Positions 17,690-27,030 of a DNA stretch of 64,000 nt are shown piece after piece. Position numbers and translations under genes: made by a program. This DNA is from Burkholderiales bacterium (GTDB lineage Bacteria > Pseudomonadota > Gammaproteobacteria > Burkholderiales > SG8-41). The notes beneath the pieces were generated by a model. That model saw only the letters and a list, made by a program, of their open reading frames with translations. It was not told where the DNA came from and did no database searches. The stretch's first letter is position 1. Each line of letters opens with the position of its first letter. The stretch spans positions 82,657 through 146,656 of the forward strand of contig JAUXYA010000024.1 of assembly GCA_030684405.1 (NCBI GenBank), read 5' to 3'.

Positions 17690-19396
17690 ATGGCCGAACA
17701 ACGGAAAAAACTGCGGCTGGGTGAACTGCTGGTTCAGCAGGGGCTGATCACCAAGGATCAGCTGGCGATCGTGCTCGCCGAGCAGCGCAACAGCAACATC
17801 CCCCTCGGCCGCCTGCTGGTCCGTCTCGGCTTCGTCACCGAGACCGCGATCCGCGACATCATGGCGCGGACCGTCGGCCAGGAATCGATCGACCTCGCAC
17901 AGGTCGTGGCCGATCCCGAAGCACTGAGCCTGGTCCCGGAGGAATTCGCGCGACGCAACCACGTGTTACCGATCGCCTATGATCCCGTCGAGCAGTTGCT
18001 GACCATCGCAACCACGGAAATCTTCAACGTCGTCGCGCTCGATCAACTGCGCGCAATGCTCGGCCCGCAGGTCGAACTCAAGACGCAGCTGGCTGCGGAA
18101 GCTCAGCTCGGTGACTACATCGACCAGTTCTACGGACACGAACTGTCGGTCGACGGCATCCTGACCGAGATCGAGACCGGCGAGATCGACTACGAGAGCC
18201 TGGGAGTCGGTGACGACGAATACACCCAGCCGATGGTCCGACTGGTCAACGCCATCCTGGTCGATGCCGTCAAGCGCAGCGCCTCGGACATCCATTTCGA
18301 ACCCGAGTATGCGTTCATGCGCATCCGCTACCGCATCGACGGCGTATTGGAGACGGTACGCAGCCTGCACAAGACCTACATGCCCGGGATCACTGTGCGC
18401 GTGAAAGTGGTCAGCGAGATGAACATCGCCGAGACCCGCGCGCCACAGGACGGGCGGCTGTCGCTGACGCTGAACGGCAGGCCTGTCGATTTCCGCGTCT
18501 CGACCCAGCCAACCATCTACGGCGAGAACATCGTGTTGCGTGTGCTCGACCGCGAAAAATCCATCGTCAACCTCGACCGCATGAACCTGCCGGCCGAAAC
18601 CATGAGCAAGCTCGAGCTCATGCTGGCGCGTCCGGAAGGCATCCTGATCGTCACCGGCCCCACCGGCAGCGGCAAGACGACGACCCTGTACTCACTGCTC
18701 GCCCAGGTCAACGATGAAACCGTCAACATCATGACGCTGGAAGACCCGGTCGAGTATCCACTGACTCTGATGCGTCAGACCTCGGTAAACGAGGTTGCAC
18801 GCATGGACTTCGCCAACGGCATCCGCTCGATCATGCGCCAGGATCCGGACATCATCCTGGTGGGCGAGGTGCGCGACAAGGAAACCGCGGAAATGGCTTT
18901 CCGCGCTGCAATGACCGGCCACCAGGTGTTCACCACGCTGCACACCAATTCCGCGCTGGGTGCCTTCCCGCGCCTGCTCGACATCGGCATCCAGCCTGAC
19001 ATCATGGCCGGCAACATCATCGGTGTCATCGCGCAGCGTCTGGTGCGCATGTTGTGCACCCATTGCAAGGAAGCCTATGCACCGTCGCAGGAAGAGCGCG
19101 CGCTGCTCGGCACCGCGGCCGATTCCGCCTCATTTTTGTATCGCCCCGTGGGCTGCAAGCACTGCGCGAACAAGGGCTACCGCGGGCGTACGCCGATCAT
19201 GGAGCTGCTGGTGATGGACGGTGACATGGACGAACTGGTGGCCCGTCGCGCCACTGCGAAAGAGTTGCGCGCCGAGGCCGCCCTGAAAGGTTTCCGCGCT
19301 CTGGCCGAGGAAGGAATCGCCCGCGTCATCGACGGCAGCACCAGTCTTGCCGAGGTCGCGCGCTCGGTGGACCTGACCGGCAGGCTGCGTCAGTGA
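17690..19396 (+). CDS. GspE/PilB-family secretion ATPase with an N-terminal MshEN-type domain (MshE-like)
   Basis: It has Walker A GPTGSGKTT, Asp and His boxes, and the tetracysteine CTHC...CKHC. The N-terminus RLGELLVQQGLITKDQLAIVLAEQ plus PLGRLLVRLGFVTETAI matches the MshEN motif. Confidence 0.93.
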   Translation: MAEQRKKLRLGELLVQQGLITKDQLAIVLAEQRNSNIPLGRLLVRLGFVTETAIRDIMARTVGQESIDLAQVVADPEALSLVPEEFARRNHVLPIAYDPVEQLLTIATTEIFNVVALDQLRAMLGPQVELKTQLAAEAQLGDYIDQFYGHELSVDGILTEIETGEIDYESLGVGDDEYTQPMVRLVNAILVDAVKRSASDIHFEPEYAFMRIRYRIDGVLETVRSLHKTYMPGITVRVKVVSEMNIAETRAPQDGRLSLTLNGRPVDFRVSTQPTIYGENIVLRVLDREKSIVNLDRMNLPAETMSKLELMLARPEGILIVTGPTGSGKTTTLYSLLAQVNDETVNIMTLEDPVEYPLTLMRQTSVNEVARMDFANGIRSIMRQDPDIILVGEVRDKETAEMAFRAAMTGHQVFTTLHTNSALGAFPRLLDIGIQPDIMAGNIIGVIAQRLVRMLCTHCKEAYAPSQEERALLGTAADSASFLYRPVGCKHCANKGYRGRTPIMELLVMDGDMDELVARRATAKELRAEAALKGFRALAEEGIARVIDGSTSLAEVARSVDLTGRLRQ

Positions 19397-19422
19397 CGCT
19401 CGCCTGAACCGCAAAGCTCCCC

Positions 19423-20628
19423 GTGCCCTCCTTCGAGTACAAAGCGATCGACAAGACCGGCCAGCCGGCGCGTGGCGGACTCGACGCCGTCAACGAAGTC
19501 GATCTCGAACTGCGGCTGCGCCGCATGGGGCTCGACCTGATCACCTGCAAACAGGTCGACCGCCAGACCTCCATCGCCTCCGGCGGCAGCATCACGCGTC
19601 AGGACCTGGTCAACTTCTGTTTCGACATGGAACAGATGGTGCGCTCCGGGATCCCGATCATCGACGGCCTGCGAGACATGCGCGACACTATCGACACCCC
19701 GCGCTTTCGCGAAGTGCTGACGGTAATGACCGAGGACATGGAGGGCGGCAATGTGCTGTCGCAGTGCATGGCTTCGCACCCTGACGTGTTCGACAAGGTC
19801 TTCGTCAGCCTGATCCGCGCCGGCGAGCAGTCAGGCCAATTGCCGGAAGTGTTCAAGAACCTTGCCGATACCATCCGCTGGCAAGACGAACTGATCTCGC
19901 AAACGCGGCGCCTGCTGATGTATCCGGCACTGACGCTGGTGGTGGTGCTGGGCGTGATGGCAGCCCTGCTGATCTTCCTGGTGCCGCAAATCGCCCAGCT
20001 CTTCAAGTCCATGGGCATGGAGCTGCCGGCACAGACCCGCGCCCTGCTCGCGGTTTCCGGCGTCGCCAAGGATTTCTGGCTGCCGATCCTGGTCGCCCCG
20101 GTCGTGGCCATCATCGCGCTGATGGTGACGGTGCGCCGCTCCAGCAAGGCCGCCTACATGTGGGACTACGCCAAGCTGCAGTTGCCGGTGGTGGGGCCGA
20201 TCCTCCAGAAAATCATCCTTTCCCGCTTCGCCAATGTCTTCGGGCTGATGTACCGCTCGGGCATCACGGTGCTCGATGCCATACGCATCAGCGAGGATGT
20301 TGTCGGCAACCGCGTGGTCGCCGACGGGCTCAACCGCGCCGTGCAGCAGATCGCCGCCGGCGACGGCATGACCGAAACCTTCAACAACCTCGGACTGTTT
20401 CCACCGCTGGTGATCCGTATGCTGCGGGTCGGCGAAAGCACCGGCGCGCTCGACGTTGCGCTGGCGAACGTCACCTACTTCTACAATCGGGATGTCAAGG
20501 ATTCCGTGGACAAGGGCATGAAAATGCTTGGCCCGGCGCTGACGCTGATCCTCGGCGGCATGATCGCCTTCGTAATCTGGGCGGTGCTCGGACCCGTCTA
20601 TGATATTCTCGGCAAGCTGCAATTTTAG
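19423..20628 (+). CDS. GspF/PilC-family inner-membrane platform protein (MshG-like)
   Basis: 401 aa with a GTG start (translated MPSFEYKAIDKTG) and duplicated T2SS-F domains. Confidence 0.92.
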   Translation: MPSFEYKAIDKTGQPARGGLDAVNEVDLELRLRRMGLDLITCKQVDRQTSIASGGSITRQDLVNFCFDMEQMVRSGIPIIDGLRDMRDTIDTPRFREVLTVMTEDMEGGNVLSQCMASHPDVFDKVFVSLIRAGEQSGQLPEVFKNLADTIRWQDELISQTRRLLMYPALTLVVVLGVMAALLIFLVPQIAQLFKSMGMELPAQTRALLAVSGVAKDFWLPILVAPVVAIIALMVTVRRSSKAAYMWDYAKLQLPVVGPILQKIILSRFANVFGLMYRSGITVLDAIRISEDVVGNRVVADGLNRAVQQIAAGDGMTETFNNLGLFPPLVIRMLRVGESTGALDVALANVTYFYNRDVKDSVDKGMKMLGPALTLILGGMIAFVIWAVLGPVYDILGKLQF

Positions 20629-20646
20629 CCGCGGCCCCTCCCCACC

Positions 20647-22212
20647 ATGGCCAGCAAACTCCTGATCTGCATCTCGGCAAACCGCACAACGGCGGCGCGC
20701 TGGCGTGGCGGCCGCCTTCAAGATTGCGTGGTGTTCGCTCCGGATGAAACGGGTGCGGACGAGTTCCGCGATTACGTCGCGGACAGCGGCAAAATCCCCG
20801 CATTTATCATTGTCGATGTGGTCGAGGAAGATTACCGGCTCGAGACACTGCCCCATGCGTCTGGCTCCGACCGCGCGCAGATGGTCGAACGCAAGCTGCG
20901 CCAGTACTACCGCAACTCGCCATACTGTGCGGCCTCGCTGATCGGCCGCGACAACAGCAAGCGCCGCGATGACCGTTTCCTGTTTTCCGCGCTGACCAAC
21001 CCCGACATCGTCACGCCCTGGCTCAACGTGCTGGTCGAGCACGAACTGCCGGTCGGCGGCATTTTTCTGCTGCCGGTGGTGACCTCCGGCATCCTGCCCA
21101 TCCTCGGCGGCAAGTCCCACAACCTGCTGCTGGTCGCTGCACATCCCGCCGGCATCCGGCTCACTTTTTTCCGCGACGGCGCATTCCGTCTGAGCCGACT
21201 GAACCGTAGTGACGCCAGCGCGGACATGCAAAGCCGCACCCTCGTCGACGAAATATCCAATACCCGGCTCTACTTGCATGCCCTCCGCGCAGCAACCCTC
21301 GACGAACCGGTCAGCGTGGTATTCCTCGACCACAACGACCGGCTCGGCGACATCGCACGCCAGATCAGCGAGGAGAATCCCAGCCTGCAGTGCAGCGCCC
21401 TCGGGCGCAACGACATCGCGAAGCGGCTCAGGCTGGATCCCGCGCTGATCGACATCTCGCCGGCAGCCATCTACCTGCAGCTGCTCGGCAGCCGCATACC
21501 GGATAATAACCTCGCGTCACCGGCGGTCACCGCAGGATATCGTCGTCACCGTTTCCGCCACCAGTTGTTCGCCGCCAGCGCCGCAGCTGCCTGTATCGGA
21601 CTGATTTGGTCAGGCGCCAACCTCTGGCAGCAATTTTCGACTCAGGGCGAAATCGACGATACGGTCCGCCGTACCGCCCGGGTCAATTCCGAATATCAGG
21701 CGGCCACGTTGCAGTTTCCCGCAGCACCGACTTCGTCTGACAACCTCAAGCGGGCGACTGAACTCGCTGAAAGGCTGCGCACGTCTGCAACCACGCCAGA
21801 ACCTTTCATGCAGGTCATCGGCCGGGCGCTGGCACCAAGCCCGGAAATCGTCCTTACCGAACTGGGCTGGCAGTACCGCGCCGGAGAGTTCGAAGCCGGC
21901 GGCCAGCCCGGCGCGACCGCGCCGCGCCAAGGCACAGCACCCGCCGCACCGGCACCCGCTGCGCGCAGGCACAGCGGACTGCTCGCGGGGCAGGTCCGCG
22001 ACTTCACGGGCGATTTCCGCCAGGCCATCATGTCCATCAATACCTTTGCGGAGCGCCTGCGCGCCGACCCCGTCGTCGAGAGCGTGCGCGTCGTCCAGCT
22101 TCCGCTCAACGTGAATCCCGCACTGGCCCTGTCCGGCAACACCGCGGACACGCCGGCGCAGGGGGGCAGCGCCGACTTCCGGATCGTGGTGGTATTGAAA
22201 CAGCCCTCATGA
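20647..22212 (+). CDS. PilM/PilN-like fusion protein (MshI-like)
   Basis: 521 aa. The N-terminal half is a cytoplasmic domain, there is a single TM segment (LFAASAAAACIGLIWSGANLW), and the rest is a periplasmic domain. The assignment rests on position and architecture only. Confidence 0.55.
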   Translation: MASKLLICISANRTTAARWRGGRLQDCVVFAPDETGADEFRDYVADSGKIPAFIIVDVVEEDYRLETLPHASGSDRAQMVERKLRQYYRNSPYCAASLIGRDNSKRRDDRFLFSALTNPDIVTPWLNVLVEHELPVGGIFLLPVVTSGILPILGGKSHNLLLVAAHPAGIRLTFFRDGAFRLSRLNRSDASADMQSRTLVDEISNTRLYLHALRAATLDEPVSVVFLDHNDRLGDIARQISEENPSLQCSALGRNDIAKRLRLDPALIDISPAAIYLQLLGSRIPDNNLASPAVTAGYRRHRFRHQLFAASAAAACIGLIWSGANLWQQFSTQGEIDDTVRRTARVNSEYQAATLQFPAAPTSSDNLKRATELAERLRTSATTPEPFMQVIGRALAPSPEIVLTELGWQYRAGEFEAGGQPGATAPRQGTAPAAPAPAARRHSGLLAGQVRDFTGDFRQAIMSINTFAERLRADPVVESVRVVQLPLNVNPALALSGNTADTPAQGGSADFRIVVVLKQPS

Positions 22213-22820
22213 CCGCCGAAGAACTCAAGGCACTGCGCGTGCCGCTGATCCTGCTGATCGTGGTGATCGCTGCCGCGGCCGGCGCCATCTATTACACCGA
22301 CCTGCTGCGTGAGCAAACGCAGATCACGCTCGTCCGCGCGCAGGCCCAGCTACGCGAAGCCCAGACCCGGATGCAGCGCTCCGGCGACGAAGAAAAGATC
22401 ATCGTCCAATATGCCGACAAGTACCGGCAACTGGAAAACGCCGGCTTTATCGGTGAGGAACAGCGCATCAACTGGATCGACGCGCTGCGCAATGCGAACA
22501 TCCGCGCCGACCTGTTCGGCATCAGCTACGAGATCGGCGCCCAGCAGGCCTATGCCCATGCCACCGAACTGGTCCCGGGACCGATCGCCCTGAAACAGTC
22601 GCGCATGAAACTCGATTTCCGGCTGCTGCACGAAGGCGACCTGCTGAGATTCTTCGATATCCTGCGCGAACAGGGCGCGGGCCTGTTCCACCTCGACCAG
22701 TGCACGCTGCGGCGGACCGACGCCGGCGGCGCCCTGCGCTACCAGCCGAATATCACGGCGAACTGCGAACTCGCCTGGATCACCGCCACGCCGGATGCGA
22801 CGCCCGGAGCGAAACCATGA
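22209..22820 (+). CDS. PilO/MshJ-like bitopic assembly protein
   Basis: 203 aa with an N-terminal TM segment, a coiled coil and a periplasmic domain. Its start overlaps the upstream stop (ATGA). Confidence 0.55.
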   Translation: MTAEELKALRVPLILLIVVIAAAAGAIYYTDLLREQTQITLVRAQAQLREAQTRMQRSGDEEKIIVQYADKYRQLENAGFIGEEQRINWIDALRNANIRADLFGISYEIGAQQAYAHATELVPGPIALKQSRMKLDFRLLHEGDLLRFFDILREQGAGLFHLDQCTLRRTDAGGALRYQPNITANCELAWITATPDATPGAKP

Positions 22821-23350
22821 AGGCACTGCTGCTGATTCTGCTGCTGCTTGCACTGCCGGCCACCCATGCCGCCGAGCTCGCGGGCCGCCTGTTCTTCACT
22901 CCCCAGCAGCGCGTGCAATTGGACCAGCTGCGCACACAAAAAGCCGTGGCATCCCAGGTTCGCGAGGAGCCGATTCCCGAAACGGTGACCTACAACGGCA
23001 TCATCCGCCGCAGTGACGGCAAAACCACGATCTGGATGAACAACCAGCCGATGTCGGCCGCCGAACTGCGCAGCGGTCAGGCGGTGACCGGCACCGTGAG
23101 CCGAGACGGCCGCATCCTGTTGCAAAATCCCCAGGCAGGGACCGGGGGGCGGCTGGAACTCAAGGTCGGGCAGAGCGCGACACTGCTGTCGGGCAAGGTG
23201 GATGAATCGTTTTCATCGCAACGCGCAGCACCTGAAAAAAGCAAAGCCGCCGACCCCAAGGCCGCGACTGAAGCCACGAAACCCGCGCCGGCGCCGGGGG
23301 CCGGGCCCGAACGTCCATCTGCCGGAATACCAGAGCCGGTTTCCCGTTAG
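22817..23350 (+). CDS. Small secreted pilus-assembly protein (MshK/PilP-like)
   Basis: The start MKALLLILLLLALPATHA is a signal peptide and overlaps the upstream stop (ATGA). The C-terminus is Pro/Ala-rich. Confidence 0.45.
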   Translation: MKALLLILLLLALPATHAAELAGRLFFTPQQRVQLDQLRTQKAVASQVREEPIPETVTYNGIIRRSDGKTTIWMNNQPMSAAELRSGQAVTGTVSRDGRILLQNPQAGTGGRLELKVGQSATLLSGKVDESFSSQRAAPEKSKAADPKAATEATKPAPAPGAGPERPSAGIPEPVSR

Positions 23351-23353
23351 GGC

Positions 23354-24508
23354 ATGTCCAGACCCATGAACCGGCGAGCCCGCAGAACGCCAGCATCTGG
23401 CCGCCAGACGCAAAAAGGCGCGGCATTCCTGATCCTGGTCTTCATGCTGGGCGTTGCCGCCGCGTCAGCCATTGTTGTTGTTGGGCCTACCGGAAATGCA
23501 CAACTCGCCGCCGCAGAAAAAACCGCCTCGGCCCTCGCGACCGCACGCGAAGCCCTGATGGCTTACGCCGTGAGCGTTCCGGACACTGCGCGACTCGGTG
23601 ACCTGCCCTGCCCGGCCACTAGTTATTCCAACGGTCAAACGGCAACATCCTGTGACACCCCGGCTTCTCGGATGGGTTACTTGCCGTGGAAAACCTTGGG
23701 ACTACCCGAATTGAGGGATGGATCAGGCTCTCCACTGTTATATGCCGTTTCCAGCGGGTTCAAATACAACACCCGTACGGGCATCCTGAATTCGGACACG
23801 GCCGGAGAATTCACAATATCCGGCGAAAATGCCATTGCGGTCGTGTTCGCACCGGGCCCGGCATTGCCCACCCAGGATCGCAACGCCGCGACCTTCAACG
23901 TCACCAACTTTCTCGAACTCGACAACGCGAACGGTGATCCGGTCTTTACCAGCTCGCTGGAAACAGACAACTTCAATGACCGTCTGCTGTGGATCACCCC
24001 CCGCGCATTTTTCCCGGCGCTGGAGATGCGTGCAATGCGCGTAGCGCAGGAGCGCCTCAACCATTACGTGTCCGTAACCAATCGTTATCCGAGATCCAAC
24101 CGTTACCTTAATGACTTTTCCTGCTGGGATAACGGTGGCCGGCTGCCTTACCCTGTGAGCGGCAACCCCTGCTTGCCCGGCGGCAATGGCGCAACTGCCG
24201 CACAGTGGACTATGGCCTGGCCCGGTTGGTTTTTTTCGAACTACTGGGACTATGTTATCCATTACGCGGTATCGACCCGCTGTATCACGACTTCCGGAGG
24301 TGTCTGCGACGGCAGCGGCAGCCTGCTGACTGTAGACAGCCAGAACAACGTGCGCGCATTGATGATCCGACAGGGCATCCCCAACGGCCAGACCAGGCCG
24401 TGCTCACTCGTCTCTCAATGTCTGGACGATCCCGAGAACCGCAACAGCGATACGATTTACGTCACGCCCTCGCTAGGTAATGACCGCCTGACGATCGTTG
24501 CCCCCTGA
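23354..24508 (+). CDS. Large pseudopilin-like protein (GspK/PilX-like; hydrophobic N-terminus without a canonical G-F/Glu5 site)
   Basis: A basic leader is followed by QKGAAFLILVFMLGVAAASAIVV. The 384-aa size and the position before a canonical pseudopilin support the call. Confidence 0.5.
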   Translation: MSRPMNRRARRTPASGRQTQKGAAFLILVFMLGVAAASAIVVVGPTGNAQLAAAEKTASALATAREALMAYAVSVPDTARLGDLPCPATSYSNGQTATSCDTPASRMGYLPWKTLGLPELRDGSGSPLLYAVSSGFKYNTRTGILNSDTAGEFTISGENAIAVVFAPGPALPTQDRNAATFNVTNFLELDNANGDPVFTSSLETDNFNDRLLWITPRAFFPALEMRAMRVAQERLNHYVSVTNRYPRSNRYLNDFSCWDNGGRLPYPVSGNPCLPGGNGATAAQWTMAWPGWFFSNYWDYVIHYAVSTRCITTSGGVCDGSGSLLTVDSQNNVRALMIRQGIPNGQTRPCSLVSQCLDDPENRNSDTIYVTPSLGNDRLTIVAP

Positions 24509-25201
24509 ATGATGAATAAACGCGAAGCGGGTTTTTCCTTCCTCGAACTGGCCGTGGCCATGTTCATTCTGACGCTGCTGCTCGGGAGCATCCTGGTGCC
24601 GCTGGGCACTCAGGTCGAGCAGCGGCAGATTTCGGAAAGCCTGCGCACGATGGAGCAAGCCAGGGACGCCCTGCTCGGACATGCCATGGCATTCGGATTT
24701 CTGCCTTGCGCCGATACTGACAACGACGGCGCAGAAAACGTTACCGGCACGGCGTGTACGGGGACTGCGGCAGGCATCGCCCACGGCAACCTGCCGTGGC
24801 GAACCCTGGGGCTAGCCGCCTCCGACGCCTGGGGCAACCGCATCCGCTACGCCGTGCATGAAGATTACGCGCGCCGCACCTTCTTCACGCTCGGCACCAA
24901 CACCTCCAACCTCCGGGTTTGCGAAGCAGCCGGATGCGCTTCCGATCTGACCTCGACGGCGGTGGCGGTGCTGATTTCACACGGGAAAAACGGCTACGGC
25001 GCAACCAACAGCGCGAGTGGAACGGTTTATGCCGCGCCCACCAGCGCGGATGAACTGGAAAACACCGACGCAGACCGCGACTTTGTCAGCCGGGTGGCCA
25101 CGGCCACCGGTACAGCTGCCGGCGAATTTGACGACATCCTGATATGGCTGCCGCGCTACATCCTGTTCAACCGTATGGTAACGGCAGGCCGGCTCCCCTA
25201 A
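24509..25201 (+). CDS. Prepilin-type N-terminal cleavage/methylation domain protein (minor pseudopilin)
   Basis: MMNKREAGFSFLELAVAMFILTLLLG carries the G/FSFLE class III signal with Glu5. Confidence 0.8.
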   Translation: MMNKREAGFSFLELAVAMFILTLLLGSILVPLGTQVEQRQISESLRTMEQARDALLGHAMAFGFLPCADTDNDGAENVTGTACTGTAAGIAHGNLPWRTLGLAASDAWGNRIRYAVHEDYARRTFFTLGTNTSNLRVCEAAGCASDLTSTAVAVLISHGKNGYGATNSASGTVYAAPTSADELENTDADRDFVSRVATATGTAAGEFDDILIWLPRYILFNRMVTAGRLP

Positions 25202-25207
25202 GGGGAA

Positions 25208-26935
25208 TCAGTGGCTCCGTGTCAGTTCGAAACACACCCGCCCCTCCCGGTTATCCGCCAGCACCAGCGCATAACCCGACTGTTCGGCAAACTTCGCGGC
25301 CTGGAACAGGCCCACCCCCAGGCCGTTTTCCGAAGGCACCGGCGCGTTAAGTATGTCAGCGGCAATCTCCGGCGGCACCGGCTCTCCATCATCGCAGACA
25401 CTGAGGCAGGGCCCGGATGACAGTCCGACACTGACGCGCAGCGGATCGCCCTGCGTGACCTTGTAAAGCGCATTCTCGATCAGGGTATCGGCAACGCTGT
25501 CGAAGAGTTCAGCAGGCAGGCGCTCGCCCTCGCGCAAATCCTGCTTCAGGAACACGATATTGCGACCGACATAGCGCGCCTGCAGGCCCTGCCACCAGAT
25601 TGCCGCATCGACGCCCTTCATTTCGATGACGCCGGGAGACTTGAGCTTCTCCAGTGTCGCGCCGAGGCGCCGGGTGATCTGCGGCAACTGCCGCTGCACC
25701 AGTGCGCGGAAGGCCTGGCTGTCGTCGACACCACGCATCTCCGCTGCCGCGCAAATCGAGCGCAGCGACTGCAGCAGGTTCTTGACGTCGTGGGTCAGCC
25801 GCGCGCCGGTCTCGTAGATGGCCTGGGTGTACGCCGATTGCTGCCGCAGCTGCTCGCGGCGCAACGCCTCGTGGAAATGGCCGACCATCTGCATCAGCAG
25901 CTTGAGGTGGAGCAGCACCGCCGGTGAGAACGACCGCTCGGCGTGCAGCGCGAACACAATCCCGCCGGTCTCATAATGCTCGGTGTGCTTTGCGGTCTGG
26001 CCGACCGTACCTTCGAATTGCGCCGAACGCCAGCCATAACCGGTGACCCAGGGCAGTTCGAGCAAGTCGGTCAGCGCTCTGCGCAGAAACTGCTCGGGTC
26101 GGGTCTCCGTCTGTGCGAGTTCCGCCAGCCGCCGCATGCGCAGTTCGAAGGGTAATCCCAGCCCGAGCAGGTAACTCGACAGCAGGGTGCCGAGCCCGCC
26201 GAAACCTGCGCGCGGATTCCACAGCCAGGACAGGCCCGCGAGCAGCACCGCAATCACCATCAGTGCCTGCATCAGCCCGAGCAGGTACTGTCCCTGGGTG
26301 ACCTCCTGGATCACGAAGCTGCCCAGCGCCAGCGCCACCACCAGCAGGAACAGCATCACACTGTAGAAGAGGTCAATGATGACCGGATCGTCGCGCCTGT
26401 GCTCCCCGCGCGGCACCGCGAAAATGGCCAGGGGCAGCAGGGGCAGGCCGAAACGCACCATGGTGACAATCTCCTGCGGCACGACGTAACTGCTGAACAA
26501 CTGCGGCACCACCCACATCAGCAGTATCGAGACCAGGTAGACCGCACCGAATATCGCCACCAGGCGTTCGCGTCGGCCCAAGGTCCCGGGAACCGCACCG
26601 CCGATCAGACCGAACAGCACGGCAATCCAGGTCCCGATCAGCCACCAGGTGCCGGCCACGGCAAAGAATGCGCCCAGGCACAGCACCAGCAGGGCCAATG
26701 TCATCGACACCTGCCGCTCACCCCGCCATACCGGCTGCCAGATCAGGAACAAACCGAAATGCGCGAGCAGCAGCCCGCGCTGCCACCACTCGCCGCCGCC
26801 CCAGGCAATCGCGCCATGCAGGGTCAGCAGCATCGCCGCAAACAGAAAATTCAGATTACGGCCGGACGCGGCGGACGTGGCTGCGCCGGGCAGTGGCCGG
26901 GCCGAGCGCAGGGGATCGGGCAATTCTTCAGACAT
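25208..26935 (-). CDS. Multi-TM sensor histidine kinase (PrsK-like architecture)
   Basis: About 290 aa of TM helices precede an H-box LTHDVKNLLQSL and a HATPase_c domain (GLGVGLFQAAKFAEQSGY). Confidence 0.85.
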   Translation of the reverse strand: MSEELPDPLRSARPLPGAATSAASGRNLNFLFAAMLLTLHGAIAWGGGEWWQRGLLLAHFGLFLIWQPVWRGERQVSMTLALLVLCLGAFFAVAGTWWLIGTWIAVLFGLIGGAVPGTLGRRERLVAIFGAVYLVSILLMWVVPQLFSSYVVPQEIVTMVRFGLPLLPLAIFAVPRGEHRRDDPVIIDLFYSVMLFLLVVALALGSFVIQEVTQGQYLLGLMQALMVIAVLLAGLSWLWNPRAGFGGLGTLLSSYLLGLGLPFELRMRRLAELAQTETRPEQFLRRALTDLLELPWVTGYGWRSAQFEGTVGQTAKHTEHYETGGIVFALHAERSFSPAVLLHLKLLMQMVGHFHEALRREQLRQQSAYTQAIYETGARLTHDVKNLLQSLRSICAAAEMRGVDDSQAFRALVQRQLPQITRRLGATLEKLKSPGVIEMKGVDAAIWWQGLQARYVGRNIVFLKQDLREGERLPAELFDSVADTLIENALYKVTQGDPLRVSVGLSSGPCLSVCDDGEPVPPEIAADILNAPVPSENGLGVGLFQAAKFAEQSGYALVLADNREGRVCFELTRSH

Positions 26936-26970
26936 CGTGATCTGAACGCCTTTTGGCTGTAACGCAGGTG

Positions 26971-26996
26971 CGCTTCATTCTGTTAGGCGCTCTTAG
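26971..26996 (-). promoter_or_regulatory. 26-nt box, right copy (reads ctaagagcgcctaacagaatgaagcg on the minus strand), 35 nt upstream of the kinase ATG
   Basis: 23 of 26 positions match the box at 11596-11621. It has the same orientation relative to its downstream gene. Confidence 0.6.
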
Positions 26997-27030
26997 CTAT
27001 ACTGTCCGTCGACAAGAAAGTCCCGCAAAC

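Noticed and set aside
11645-26935. Calling the locus a PEP-CTERM/exosortase system because the kinase and regulator resemble PrsK/PrsR.
   Set aside because: No exosortase (EpsH/XrtA), no PEP-CTERM-tailed proteins and no polysaccharide genes are present in the window. The resemblance is by architecture and a few motifs only.
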